A stretch of 64,000 nucleotides of DNA from assembly GCA_963665615.2 (NCBI GenBank), contig CAXXQE010000001.1, forward strand, positions 451,151 through 515,150, given 5' to 3'. Below, in pieces: positions 19,710 through 28,225 of this stretch (position 1 is its first letter; the number at the start of each line of letters is the position of its first letter). A program made the translations under genes and the position numbers. The DNA is from Syntrophales bacterium. GTDB taxonomy: Bacteria > Desulfobacterota > Syntrophia > Syntrophales > UBA4778. Under the pieces are notes generated by a model. It was not told the DNA's origin and did no database searches. It saw nothing but the letters and a program-made list of their open reading frames with translations.

Positions 19710-19738
19710 CTCATATCACAGGTGGGCATGAATGTCAA
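19710..19738 (-). promoter_or_regulatory. sigma70 promoter of nifJ
   Basis: TTGACA-N17-TATGAG with extended -10 TG. Confidence 0.65.
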
Positions 19739-19872
19739 ACAGTTGCTGGTTGCCCCCTGCGCAGGCGTGTACAGATCATGGCTCGCAGTTCAGAGTTTGA
19801 AAAACGCGTTTAAATCATCGGATTAACCGCGAACTGAGAACTGCTGTGTCAGGCGCTTTAAACGATTGCTTC

Positions 19873-22116
19873 CTACGCGCACTCCGAGTAGGAGCACACC
19901 CTGCAAACCACGCAGCCGCCTTCGTGTTCAATGGGGCCGCCGCAGTCGGGGCACGCCCCGCGGGTCTTTTTTTCTTTCTTCTCGATGCAGTCGCCCAGGC
20001 CGTTTTCGCGCATACGCATCTCGATGGCCTTGGCCACGGCGTCGGCGCAGGAACTGACGCGGTTTTCGCCGAAGCCATAGGGGCAGTGGCAGGAGATCCC
20101 TTTGAGCTGCTTGACGACGTGCTTGGCCTCGATACCGCTTCGCCAGGCCAGGGATACCATGCGGCCGATGGCCTCGCACTGGGAGGCGGCGCAGCCGCCC
20201 GCTTTGCCCATCGTTGTGAAGAGTTCGAAGAGGCCGGCCTCGTCTTCGTTGATGGTGATGTAGATCGGGCCGCAGCCGGTTTCCATCTGATAGGTCGTGC
20301 CGCGCAGGGCCTTGGGGCGGTTGCGTTTGACGACGGTCGCCTCGGGGCAGGGCGGGGCGCTCGCGGGAGCCTTGCCCTCGCCCTTCGGCTCCTTCTTGGC
20401 AACGGAGAGAACCTGCTCGTCGCGCGAGCCGTCGCGGTAGATCGTCACACCCTTGCAGCCCGTGCGGTAGGCCAGCATATAGACCTTTTCCACATCGGTC
20501 ACGGTGGCATCGGCGGGGAAGTTGACGGTCTTGGAGACGGCATTGTCCGTGTATTTCTGAAAGGCCGCCTGCATGGCGATGTGCTCTTCCGGGGTGATGT
20601 CGTGGGCCGTGACGAAGACGCGTTTGACGTCCTCGGGCACGGCAGCGATGTCCTGGACGGTGCCATGCTCGGCGATTTCCTGCATGAGGGCCTCCGAGAA
20701 GAAACCGCGCTCCTTCGCGAGCCGCTCGAAGATCGGGTTGACCTCCAGCAGGATGTCCTTGTCCATGACCTGCCGGACATAAGAGACGGCGAACAGGGGC
20801 TCGACCCCGGAGGACGAGTTGGCAATGATCGAGATCGTACCGGTGGGCGCAATCGTCGTGATGGTGGCGTTGCGCATGCCAGCCGAATCTGGACGGTCGA
20901 AAACCGATCCCTTGTAGTTCGGGAAGTTGCCGCGCGCCGCTGCCAACTCTCGCGACCTGGCACGTCCTTCCTCGCGGATGAACTTCATGACGTTCTCGCC
21001 CATCTCGATGGCAGCCTTTGAATTGTATGGAATGCCAAGGAGGATGAGCATGTCGGCCCAACCCATGACACCGAGGCCGATCTTGCGGTTGGATCGGGTC
21101 ATCTCGTCAATCTGGGGCAGGGGATACTTGTTCACCTCGATGACGTTGTCGAGGAAATGGACAGCCAGGCGTACGACCTCACGCAGATGATCCCAATCCA
21201 CTTCGCCGTTCTTCACCAGGTAGCCCAGGTTGATCGACCCCAGGTTGCAGGACTCGTAAGGCAGCAAAGGCTGCTCCCCGCAAGGGTTGGTGGATTCGAT
21301 CTCGCCGACGTGCGGCGTGGGATTGTCGCGGTTGAGGCGGTCGAGGAAAATGATGCCGGGCTCGCCGTTCTGCCACGCCTGCTCGACGATTCGCGTGAAG
21401 ACTTTCTTCGCATTCAAGGTACCGACAGGCTGCTTCGAACGGGGGTTGACGATGTCGTACTCGCGGTCGGCGGCGACGGCCTCCATAAACACCTCCGTGA
21501 GGCCAACGGAGATGTTGAAGTTGTTGAGGACCTTCATGTCGTTTTTGCACATGATGAAGTCCAGAATGTCGGGGTGATCGACGCGCAGGATGCCCATGTT
21601 GGCGCCGCGCCGCGTACCGCCCTGCTTGATCGTCTCGGTGGCGATGTCGAAGACGCGCATGAAGGAGATCGGACCGCTTGAGATACCGGAGGTGGACTTG
21701 ACGAGATCGTTGGCGGGTCTGAGTCGCGAAAAGGAAAAGCCGGTGCCGCCGCCGGACTTGTGGATCATGGCGGTGTACTTGACGGCGTCGAAGATCTCGT
21801 CGATCGAATCCCCCACCGGCAGGACGAAGCAGGCGGAGAGTTGCCCCAGTTCGCGTCCCGCGTTCATCAGTGTCGGAGAGTTTGGGAGAAACTCCAGATT
21901 CGTCATCATGGCGTAGAACGCGTTTTCAAGCGCAGCCGTATCGGTTGCACCGAACAGCCGGTCGGCATTGGCGATCGTCTTGGCTACACGACGGAACATG
22001 TCGGCGGGCGTTTCAGTCGGATTGCCCTGGGCGTCGCGTTTCAGATATCTCTTCTTTAGAACGGTCATTGCGTTTTTCGAGATATTGCCGAGGGTTTCCT
22101 GATTGTGCTCGCTCAT
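19873..22116 (-). CDS. nrdJ: Class II (adenosylcobalamin-dependent) ribonucleotide reductase
   Basis: PNSPTLMNAG, LSACFV, GGTRRGANM, TNPCGEQ, TIAPTGT, C-terminal SCAD domain and CPDC/CRVC ribbon ending SECA; ATG 22116 after AGGAG. Confidence 0.92.
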   Translation of the reverse strand: MSEHNQETLGNISKNAMTVLKKRYLKRDAQGNPTETPADMFRRVAKTIANADRLFGATDTAALENAFYAMMTNLEFLPNSPTLMNAGRELGQLSACFVLPVGDSIDEIFDAVKYTAMIHKSGGGTGFSFSRLRPANDLVKSTSGISSGPISFMRVFDIATETIKQGGTRRGANMGILRVDHPDILDFIMCKNDMKVLNNFNISVGLTEVFMEAVAADREYDIVNPRSKQPVGTLNAKKVFTRIVEQAWQNGEPGIIFLDRLNRDNPTPHVGEIESTNPCGEQPLLPYESCNLGSINLGYLVKNGEVDWDHLREVVRLAVHFLDNVIEVNKYPLPQIDEMTRSNRKIGLGVMGWADMLILLGIPYNSKAAIEMGENVMKFIREEGRARSRELAAARGNFPNYKGSVFDRPDSAGMRNATITTIAPTGTISIIANSSSGVEPLFAVSYVRQVMDKDILLEVNPIFERLAKERGFFSEALMQEIAEHGTVQDIAAVPEDVKRVFVTAHDITPEEHIAMQAAFQKYTDNAVSKTVNFPADATVTDVEKVYMLAYRTGCKGVTIYRDGSRDEQVLSVAKKEPKGEGKAPASAPPCPEATVVKRNRPKALRGTTYQMETGCGPIYITINEDEAGLFELFTTMGKAGGCAASQCEAIGRMVSLAWRSGIEAKHVVKQLKGISCHCPYGFGENRVSSCADAVAKAIEMRMRENGLGDCIEKKEKKTRGACPDCGGPIEHEGGCVVCRVCSYSECA

Positions 22117-22157
22117 GACATGCTCCTTGGAAGATGATTGGCCCGGTAGGGCATTTA

Positions 22158-22205
22158 GTGCAATATGTGGTGGAGGATGTGTTATTAACCACAAGATATT
22201 GTGGT
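22158..22205. promoter_or_regulatory. Tandem NrdR boxes
   Basis: ACCACAAGATATTGTGGT (22188-22205) plus a degenerate GTGCAATATGTGGTG about 31 bp away, directly upstream of the RNR. Confidence 0.8.
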
Positions 22206-22391
22206 AGTCAACAAGAATTTAAAAATAAAAAAAGGCCGGTATTTTCGGGAGGATAGCAACGGGCTCGGGCGGGTTTCCATCGGTTTGACGGCGACGAATC
22301 CTTCAGCGTATGCATTCCCTGTGACTTTGCACGGGAGGCGAGCGAATGAAAGCCAAATATCTTCTCTGTAAATGGAGGCGTGAAAAAACCG

Positions 22392-22420
22392 TTGACAAGG
22401 ATCGAACGGATCATTAGGGT
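22392..22420 (+). promoter_or_regulatory. sigma70 promoter of the peptide/radical SAM operon
   Basis: TTGACA-N17-TAGGGT preceded by an A-tract. Confidence 0.6.
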
Positions 22421-22460
22421 TAAATCAACCGCATTTCATAACAGAAAGGAGGGAAATACG

Positions 22461-22523
22461 ATGAGGATCAAAAAAATACGAAGAAGGGTGAGAGGTCTCT
22501 GTAAGTGCAAAAAATCGTGTTAG
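22461..22523 (+). CDS. 20-aa basic, Cys-rich peptide MRIKKIRRRVRGLCKCKKSC (candidate RiPP precursor)
   Basis: Hand-translated; strong SD AAAGGAGG upstream; lies between promoter and terminator, first in the operon with an RRE-like rSAM/SPASM gene. Confidence 0.7.
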   Translation: MRIKKIRRRVRGLCKCKKSC

Positions 22524-22541
22524 CAGACGCTGTGGCCGGAT

Positions 22542-22583
22542 AAGAAAAGTCGACAGGATAACCCCCGTCGGCTTTTCTTTTTT
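22542..22583 (+). terminator. Intrinsic terminator/attenuator after the peptide gene
   Basis: AAGAAAAGTCGAC...GTCGGCTTTTCTT followed by a T run. Confidence 0.75.
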
Positions 22584-22590
22584 GGTGAGG

Positions 22591-22971
22591 ATGAACATCA
22601 ACATGCCGGATACATCGAAAGCGGATTTCAAGGATTATATCTGCCGCCCGTTTTGTTCCTTCTTTCGTGAAGGCGCCAAAGAGGATATGGCGTGTCGGGG
22701 AGCCCTGGTCGTTGTCGATCTTGTGCGACGCGGACGGATCGAACAGGCGTCGATCCGGCGCCAGGATCGGCAGGACGATGGTTGTGGCAGGCATGATCGA
22801 GATCTGGATGAAACCGTCTGCAGGTCGTGCGATTTCCGCGCAGCCGACTGCGATTTCCAGTCGGAAGAAAACAGGGACACGGCGCCACCCTGTGGGGGCT
22901 ACCGATTGCTGTATCTCTTAAAGGTCTCCGGCTGTGATATTGCGGGGGATCTGAAGGAGGGAATCGGATGA
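22591..22971 (+). CDS. Cys-rich hypothetical protein coupled to the radical SAM gene
   Basis: CRPFC...C and CRSC...C...PCGG clusters; ATGA overlap with the rSAM; start uncertain (22582/22591/22603). Confidence 0.75.
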   Translation: MNINMPDTSKADFKDYICRPFCSFFREGAKEDMACRGALVVVDLVRRGRIEQASIRRQDRQDDGCGRHDRDLDETVCRSCDFRAADCDFQSEENRDTAPPCGGYRLLYLLKVSGCDIAGDLKEGIG

Positions 22972-24152
22972 AAGTCCCGGAGGACTGGTCCAACGCCTAT
23001 CTGCGCCTCTATCCGTCGGCGGTGTTGAAAGATCTTGAGCGGCCCTATGTCTATCACACAAATCGGGATGAACTCTATGAGATCGATCGCCAGGCGCTGG
23101 CTTTTCTGACCCGTTGCGACGGATCAACGAAAGGCCGGGACCTGACAACCGATGCATCTTTCGTGGCGTTCTGTCTCAGCGAAGGGCTTATCGAGTTGAA
23201 ACGGCGCCGAAGCCGCAGGGCGATCCCGGTCGGCAAATCGCCGCGTCCGTCCCTTCGCTATCTCGAACTCCAACTGACTGGGCGCTGCAATCTCCGCTGC
23301 CGTCATTGCTATCTCGGAACGGCGAGCCCCGTCGATCTGCCCTTAAAGGACGCGCTTCGCATCGCCCGGACGTTTTCCGACAGCGGCGGCTTGCGCCTCT
23401 TGATCTCAGGGGGCGAACCCCTGTTGTACCCCCATCTGGAGGCGTTTTTAAAGGCGACCCGTCGGCTTCAGCTCCGCCGCGTTTTGATAACCAACGGCAC
23501 CTTAATAACCGAAAACAATGTATCCACACTCGATGTCGAAGAGATTCAGTTTAGCCTGGACGGCTTGAAGAGAGGCCACGACCGGTTGCGCGGCGCGGGA
23601 TCGTTCAACCTGACGATGCGGGGAATCCAGGCCGCCCGTTCGGCAGGGATTCCGGTGTCCATCGCCACTATGGTGCATCGTGGCAATGTAGGGGAATTCG
23701 ATCGCCTTGAGGGCTTTGTCCGGGATATCGGCGCAGTCGAGTGGGGAGTGGATGCGCCCTGTATCACCGGCGCGCTGAGCCGCCATCGCGCCTTGGCCGT
23801 CTCTCCCGAGGAAGCAGCTGGCTTCATGGCGCGCGCCTTCGGCGGGGGATACCACGGCGCTTCCGGGGGATTTGCCTGCGGCAGGCATCTCATGACGGTA
23901 CTGCCGACCGGCGAGGCGGTGAAGTGCGGCTTCTATGGAGATGTCCCGCTTGGGGACGCCTGTCAGGCGCTCATGGCTTGCTGGCACGCCCTCAAGCACA
24001 CGCGCGTGCGGGATCTTGCATGCCGAGGATGTCGGGCGGCACGGGAATGCTCGGGCGGCTGCCGCTTCCGCGCAGGGCATCCGTTGGCGCCTGATCCCGT
24101 CATGTGCGCCCTCTACGGTATCGATCCGCCCACGTTTCACGATAAGGCTTGA
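22968..24152 (+). CDS. Radical SAM/SPASM protein with N-terminal RRE(PqqD)-like domain
   Basis: CNLRCRHC, SGGEP, ITNG, SLDG; SPASM C...GEAVKC...CRGC-x5-C-x3-C...C; about 85-aa N-terminal extension. Confidence 0.9.
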   Translation: MKVPEDWSNAYLRLYPSAVLKDLERPYVYHTNRDELYEIDRQALAFLTRCDGSTKGRDLTTDASFVAFCLSEGLIELKRRRSRRAIPVGKSPRPSLRYLELQLTGRCNLRCRHCYLGTASPVDLPLKDALRIARTFSDSGGLRLLISGGEPLLYPHLEAFLKATRRLQLRRVLITNGTLITENNVSTLDVEEIQFSLDGLKRGHDRLRGAGSFNLTMRGIQAARSAGIPVSIATMVHRGNVGEFDRLEGFVRDIGAVEWGVDAPCITGALSRHRALAVSPEEAAGFMARAFGGGYHGASGGFACGRHLMTVLPTGEAVKCGFYGDVPLGDACQALMACWHALKHTRVRDLACRGCRAARECSGGCRFRAGHPLAPDPVMCALYGIDPPTFHDKA

Positions 24153-24179
24153 GCGGTTGCGGCGCTGGTCGCGTCTCTC

Positions 24180-24845
24180 CTAGCCGTTCGGGACGGCGTG
24201 ATTCACCTTGTCTCTCGTTCGGGCTACCAGATGGGTTCGGATCATCTCCACAGCCGCTGAAAAGGGAAGGGTGCTGGCATCGATGCAGAGATGGTAATGG
24301 GTGGCATCTGTCCACTCCATCCCTACAATGTCCTTCATGAACTTGCCTCGTTTCCGATCCGAATCGACGATCACGGATTTTACCCTTTCATAGTCTGCAT
24401 CTTTTTGGACGCTCATGAGCCGTCGAACGCGAAAGTCGAGGGGCGCGTGGATGAAAACATGGAGGACGCCGGGGCGGTTCTTCAGGGCGTGAAACCCGCC
24501 CCGCCCGACGATCACGGCGTCGCAGCTGTCGGCGATCTGGTTCATGATCCTGGATTCCAGGGCAAAGAGCTCCCGGTCATAGAGCGGCGGCGTTGCAGGA
24601 GGCATATAGGCGGCCTCCGGGGCGCCGATGCAAAACGCTTTCATGATCTTCTCCACCAAACCCGTTGACCGTTCCTCCAGCGGTTCCAGGGTTTCGCAGG
24701 CCACGCCGAGGCAACGGGATGCCTTGCGCAAGATCTCTCGATCGACGTGCCTGAAGCCGAGTGTCCTGGCGGCGAGATAGCCGATATAGGTGCCGCCGCT
24801 GCCCATCTGTTTTGAAATCGTAATGGCCTGATGCAAGTCTGCCAT
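24180..24845 (-). CDS. Cytidylate kinase-like family protein
   Basis: ITISKQMGSGG, VIVGRGG, HVFIHAP, YHLCID. Confidence 0.85.
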   Translation of the reverse strand: MADLHQAITISKQMGSGGTYIGYLAARTLGFRHVDREILRKASRCLGVACETLEPLEERSTGLVEKIMKAFCIGAPEAAYMPPATPPLYDRELFALESRIMNQIADSCDAVIVGRGGFHALKNRPGVLHVFIHAPLDFRVRRLMSVQKDADYERVKSVIVDSDRKRGKFMKDIVGMEWTDATHYHLCIDASTLPFSAAVEMIRTHLVARTRDKVNHAVPNG

Positions 24846-24858
24846 CTTTCACCCTCCG

Positions 24859-26412
24859 CTACTCCATGAGTGTTTCGACCGGTGTTTCCGCCTTGCGGTT
24901 TTTGAGAAAAAAGATCAATGGAATGGATATAAAGAAGAGCACGGCGATCATGAAAAAGACATGATTATAAGACAGCATGCTGGATTGCCGGTAGAGGGCG
25001 CCCTCCAGCATTTTCAAAGCGCCCTGATAGGCGCCCGCTGCGTCCATTCCCCTGGAATGGAGATAGGAAGACAACAGGCGCAGGGTGTCCTGGGTTTTAT
25101 CCGTGAAAACCGTGACATGCTCTGACAAGATGGCGCGACTCCAGTTTTCGCCCCGCGTCAGGAAGGAGGCGGATAACGCGATGCCGACGCTTGCAAAGAC
25201 CTGCCGGATGACATTGTAGAGTCCTGTGGCAGCCGTCATGTGTTTGTTGTCGATCGTAGCAAGGGCTGCGGTGCTGATGGAGACGAAGATAAAACCGAAA
25301 CCGAAGCCTTGGAGCGCCTGCGGCAAGAAGAGATCCCGGAAACCGACATTGAGGGCCAACAGGGAGAATTGAACGAAGGACAGGCCGTTGAGAAAGAGAC
25401 CGAAGCCGATCATGAACCGGGGCCCCAGGATATTGTAGAGCCGCCCGGCGATCGGCATGGCGAGCGCCATAGAAAGGGTTCGCGGCAAGAGGGTTAGCCC
25501 AGAATCGAAGGCGGGGTAGCCCAGGAGTTGTTGGAGAAAAAGCGGGACGAGGAATAGGCTGCCGAAGAGGCCCATACCGAGGAGTCCGCTCAGGAGTGTG
25601 CCGGAGGCGAAATTGATGTCGCGCAGAATCGTCAGATCGACCGCCGGCTTTTCCGTTCTGAGTTCACGCCAGACAAAGAGGATCAGGCACACCGCCGAGG
25701 TGATGGCCAACTCGGTGATGAAGGCCGACTCGAACCAGTCGTAGGTTTCGCCCTTCTCCAGCATGATCTGAAGGGCGCCAAGCCCGACGCTCATGAAGAG
25801 CAGGCCGAAGAGATCGAGACGCTCCCTGGCGCGAACGAGATAGTGCGGGTCTTCGATGTACCGGAGGATCATGAGGATATTGACGAGACCGATCGGAACA
25901 TTGATGTAAAAGATCCATGGCCATGAATAGTTGTCGGTCAGCCAGCCGCCAAGGCTGGGACCCAGCGCCGGCCCCAAAATCACTCCGAGGCCGTAAATCG
26001 ACATGGCCATGGCCTGTTCTTCGGGCGGAAAGGTTTCGCGGAGAATGGCCTGGGAAATCGGAATCAAGGCCCCGCCGCCGATTCCCTGGACGACCCGGAA
26101 GAGGATCATGGAGAAGAGATTCCACGCCAGGCCGCAGAGGATCGACGAGAGCGTGAAGAGGACCACGCAAAAGACAAAGAGATTCTTGCGTCCGAATCGC
26201 GTGCTCAGCATTGCGATCATCGGCATGATGAGAACGCTGGAGAGCATGTAGCCGGTGGCCACCCAGGTAATCTCCTCGACCGAGGCGCTGAGCGAACCGC
26301 GCATATTCGGCAGCGCGACATTGACGATGCTCATGTCGAGCGCAGCCAGGATCGTACAGGTCATGACGGTCAGCGTGACCATCCACTTCTGTCTGTCGTT
26401 TTTCGAATTCAC
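24859..26412 (-). CDS. emrB: DHA2 (EmrB/QacA) MFS efflux permease
   Basis: LDMSIVNVALP, RVVQGIGGG, GPALGPSLGGWLTD...WPWIFYINVPIG. Confidence 0.9.
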   Translation of the reverse strand: MNSKNDRQKWMVTLTVMTCTILAALDMSIVNVALPNMRGSLSASVEEITWVATGYMLSSVLIMPMIAMLSTRFGRKNLFVFCVVLFTLSSILCGLAWNLFSMILFRVVQGIGGGALIPISQAILRETFPPEEQAMAMSIYGLGVILGPALGPSLGGWLTDNYSWPWIFYINVPIGLVNILMILRYIEDPHYLVRARERLDLFGLLFMSVGLGALQIMLEKGETYDWFESAFITELAITSAVCLILFVWRELRTEKPAVDLTILRDINFASGTLLSGLLGMGLFGSLFLVPLFLQQLLGYPAFDSGLTLLPRTLSMALAMPIAGRLYNILGPRFMIGFGLFLNGLSFVQFSLLALNVGFRDLFLPQALQGFGFGFIFVSISTAALATIDNKHMTAATGLYNVIRQVFASVGIALSASFLTRGENWSRAILSEHVTVFTDKTQDTLRLLSSYLHSRGMDAAGAYQGALKMLEGALYRQSSMLSYNHVFFMIAVLFFISIPLIFFLKNRKAETPVETLME

Positions 26413-26419
26413 GGTCTCT

Positions 26420-27478
26420 CTATTTCAGCTTCGGTCCCGTGGCTCGTCGGATATCGACGGACGGGATCACTGACAGGCCGGGCCACAGCGGATGGGCCGG
26501 ATCGGGCCGGGTGTCCATGACGATTTTGACCGGTACGCGTTGCACCACCTTAACGAAATTGCCCGTGGCGTTCTCCGGAGGCAAGAGGCTGAAGACTGAG
26601 CCGGTTCCGGACTGCAGACTATCGACATGCCCCTTGAAGGTCGTTCCGCTGTATGCATCGACCTTGATTTCGACAGGCTGTCCCACCGTCATCTTTTTGA
26701 TCTGGGTCTCCTTGAAGTTCGCCACGATCCAGGTGTCGTGCTGGACGATCGACAGCAGGGCCTGCCCCGGCTGGACGAATTTGCCCGGATCGACATTCTT
26801 CATGGCGATCCAGCCGGACAGCGGCGCCTTGACGACCGTCCGCGCAAGATCCAACTGGGCCTGGCTTTTCAGTGCATCAGCCTCCTTGACCCTGAAGTCC
26901 TGCGTTGACAGCTGCGCCTCAGCCGCCTTCAGGGCAGCCTGCGCCTCGGCCACGGTGGCCTGCGCCGATTCTCTTTTTGCGGCCGCCACATTGCGCGCCG
27001 AAAAGACCCGGTCATAGTGGCTCTGCGAGACAACGTCTTGCTTGAGCAAGGTTTCGTAGCGTTTCAGTTCCTTGCCGGCCAGTTCCTCTTCGGAGATCGT
27101 AGCGTTCAGATTGGCGCGGGCCTGAACGAGGGCCTTTTTCTTTTGCTCTATCCCCGCCTGCAGTTGAATCCGTTCTGCTTGGAGCATGGCAAGCCCTTCG
27201 CGGTGCTCCGAAAGATTATTGACGTAGTCGTCGCGGAAAACCTCCAGCAGCGGCGTTCCCTCTCGAACATACTGGTTGTCTGTCACGAAAACGGCGACGA
27301 CCTTGCCCTTCACCTCCGACGATACCGGCACGATGACCCCGGTGACGTACGCGTTGTCGGTGCTTTCGTAGTTGAACGAGTCGATGAAGAGATAGAGTCC
27401 GTAAACGATGGCAATCGTCAGAAGCGCTGCGACCGCCATTCGGATGGCCCGCCTGTTGCCGTTTAATTTCCAGTTCAT
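26420..27478 (-). CDS. emrA: EmrA/HlyD-family membrane fusion protein
   Basis: STDNAYV, ANFKETQ, FSLLPPENATGNFVKVVQRVPV. Confidence 0.9.
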   Translation of the reverse strand: MNWKLNGNRRAIRMAVAALLTIAIVYGLYLFIDSFNYESTDNAYVTGVIVPVSSEVKGKVVAVFVTDNQYVREGTPLLEVFRDDYVNNLSEHREGLAMLQAERIQLQAGIEQKKKALVQARANLNATISEEELAGKELKRYETLLKQDVVSQSHYDRVFSARNVAAAKRESAQATVAEAQAALKAAEAQLSTQDFRVKEADALKSQAQLDLARTVVKAPLSGWIAMKNVDPGKFVQPGQALLSIVQHDTWIVANFKETQIKKMTVGQPVEIKVDAYSGTTFKGHVDSLQSGTGSVFSLLPPENATGNFVKVVQRVPVKIVMDTRPDPAHPLWPGLSVIPSVDIRRATGPKLK

Positions 27479-27492
27479 AATGTCCTTTTTAA

Positions 27493-27681
27493 AGATTTTT
27501 GTTCGTAAATAATCTTAACCGCCTGCATCCCATCTTCACGTCTGATTTTTCCCGTGTCTCACTTGCAAAACCCTTGACGTCGCGTTGATACGCCTGCGGC
27601 GGTTTTGCTCAATCGACCCAGAAAAATCAGACGCGCAAATCTGGGCGCGACTCAGGTAACGTTATTGATGAACAAGCTCTA
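27493..27681. repeat. MITE-like element, family A, copy 2
   Basis: TIRs tttgttcgtaaata / ttattgatgaacaagctcta; internal inverted repeat gtctgattttt...aaaaatcagac; similar to 5376-5518. Confidence 0.65.
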
Positions 27682-28212
27682 ACCCTGCCGGGATTTGACA
27701 AGAGGAGCGCCACCGCGGTTGCACCGTGCCGCAACCCCCTCGCCGGAGGGGGGCGGTCCGTTTTTGTTGATTTTTTCGATATTCATAAAGATCTGCCTGA
27801 GCATCTTCCTCAGAGTGCTCAACTCGTCGGCCTTCAGGCCGCAATAGGCGTTCCGGTGATACGCCCGCACAACCCCCATCGCCTTTTCCTGTATGGCCTG
27901 TCCCGTCGCCGTCAAATAGAGCCGGTAGGCTCGTTTATCGTTTTCATCGGGGTGTCGCCGGATATGACCGCGCTTTTCGAGAATATTGACGATTCGGTTG
28001 ATGTTGTGGCGATCCTTGACCGTCTTTTCACAGAGTTGGCTCTGACTCATCCCCCTCTGATTTTGCACGCGAGTCAAGACTGCCCATTGTTCCGGAGTCA
28101 AGTCGAGCCCCGCCGCCGCGAAGGTTTTGCGCAGCGCCGCTGATCCCTGGGTGTGTATCAGGTAGATCCAAAATCCGGTCGATTCGTCAAAGCAATAGGC
28201 GTCAGGTTTCAT
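27679..28212 (-). CDS. MarR family transcriptional regulator
   Basis: LTPEQWAVL, LEKRGHIRR, DKRAYRLYLT. Confidence 0.9.
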   Translation of the reverse strand: MKPDAYCFDESTGFWIYLIHTQGSAALRKTFAAAGLDLTPEQWAVLTRVQNQRGMSQSQLCEKTVKDRHNINRIVNILEKRGHIRRHPDENDKRAYRLYLTATGQAIQEKAMGVVRAYHRNAYCGLKADELSTLRKMLRQIFMNIEKINKNGPPPSGEGVAARCNRGGAPLVKSRQG

Positions 28213-28225
28213 GGTCTCTCATTTG

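Noticed and set aside
19846..21061. Long alternative-frame ORFs over nrdJ (and similar ones at 29363-30787, 41156-42130, 57413-58339, 10566-11642)
   Set aside because: Antisense or shifted shadows of GC3-rich real genes, with no motifs or RBS
22521..22523. Pyrrolysine read-through of the peptide's TAG, or selenocysteine UGA read-through elsewhere
   Set aside because: Read-through runs into the terminator and is out of frame with the next gene; I found no catalytic-position TGA with a convincing SECIS in any gene
22461..22523. Peptide as a small basic ribosomal protein
   Set aside because: Too short for bL36 and lacks its Zn-ligand spacing; context is an rSAM operon, not a ribosomal one
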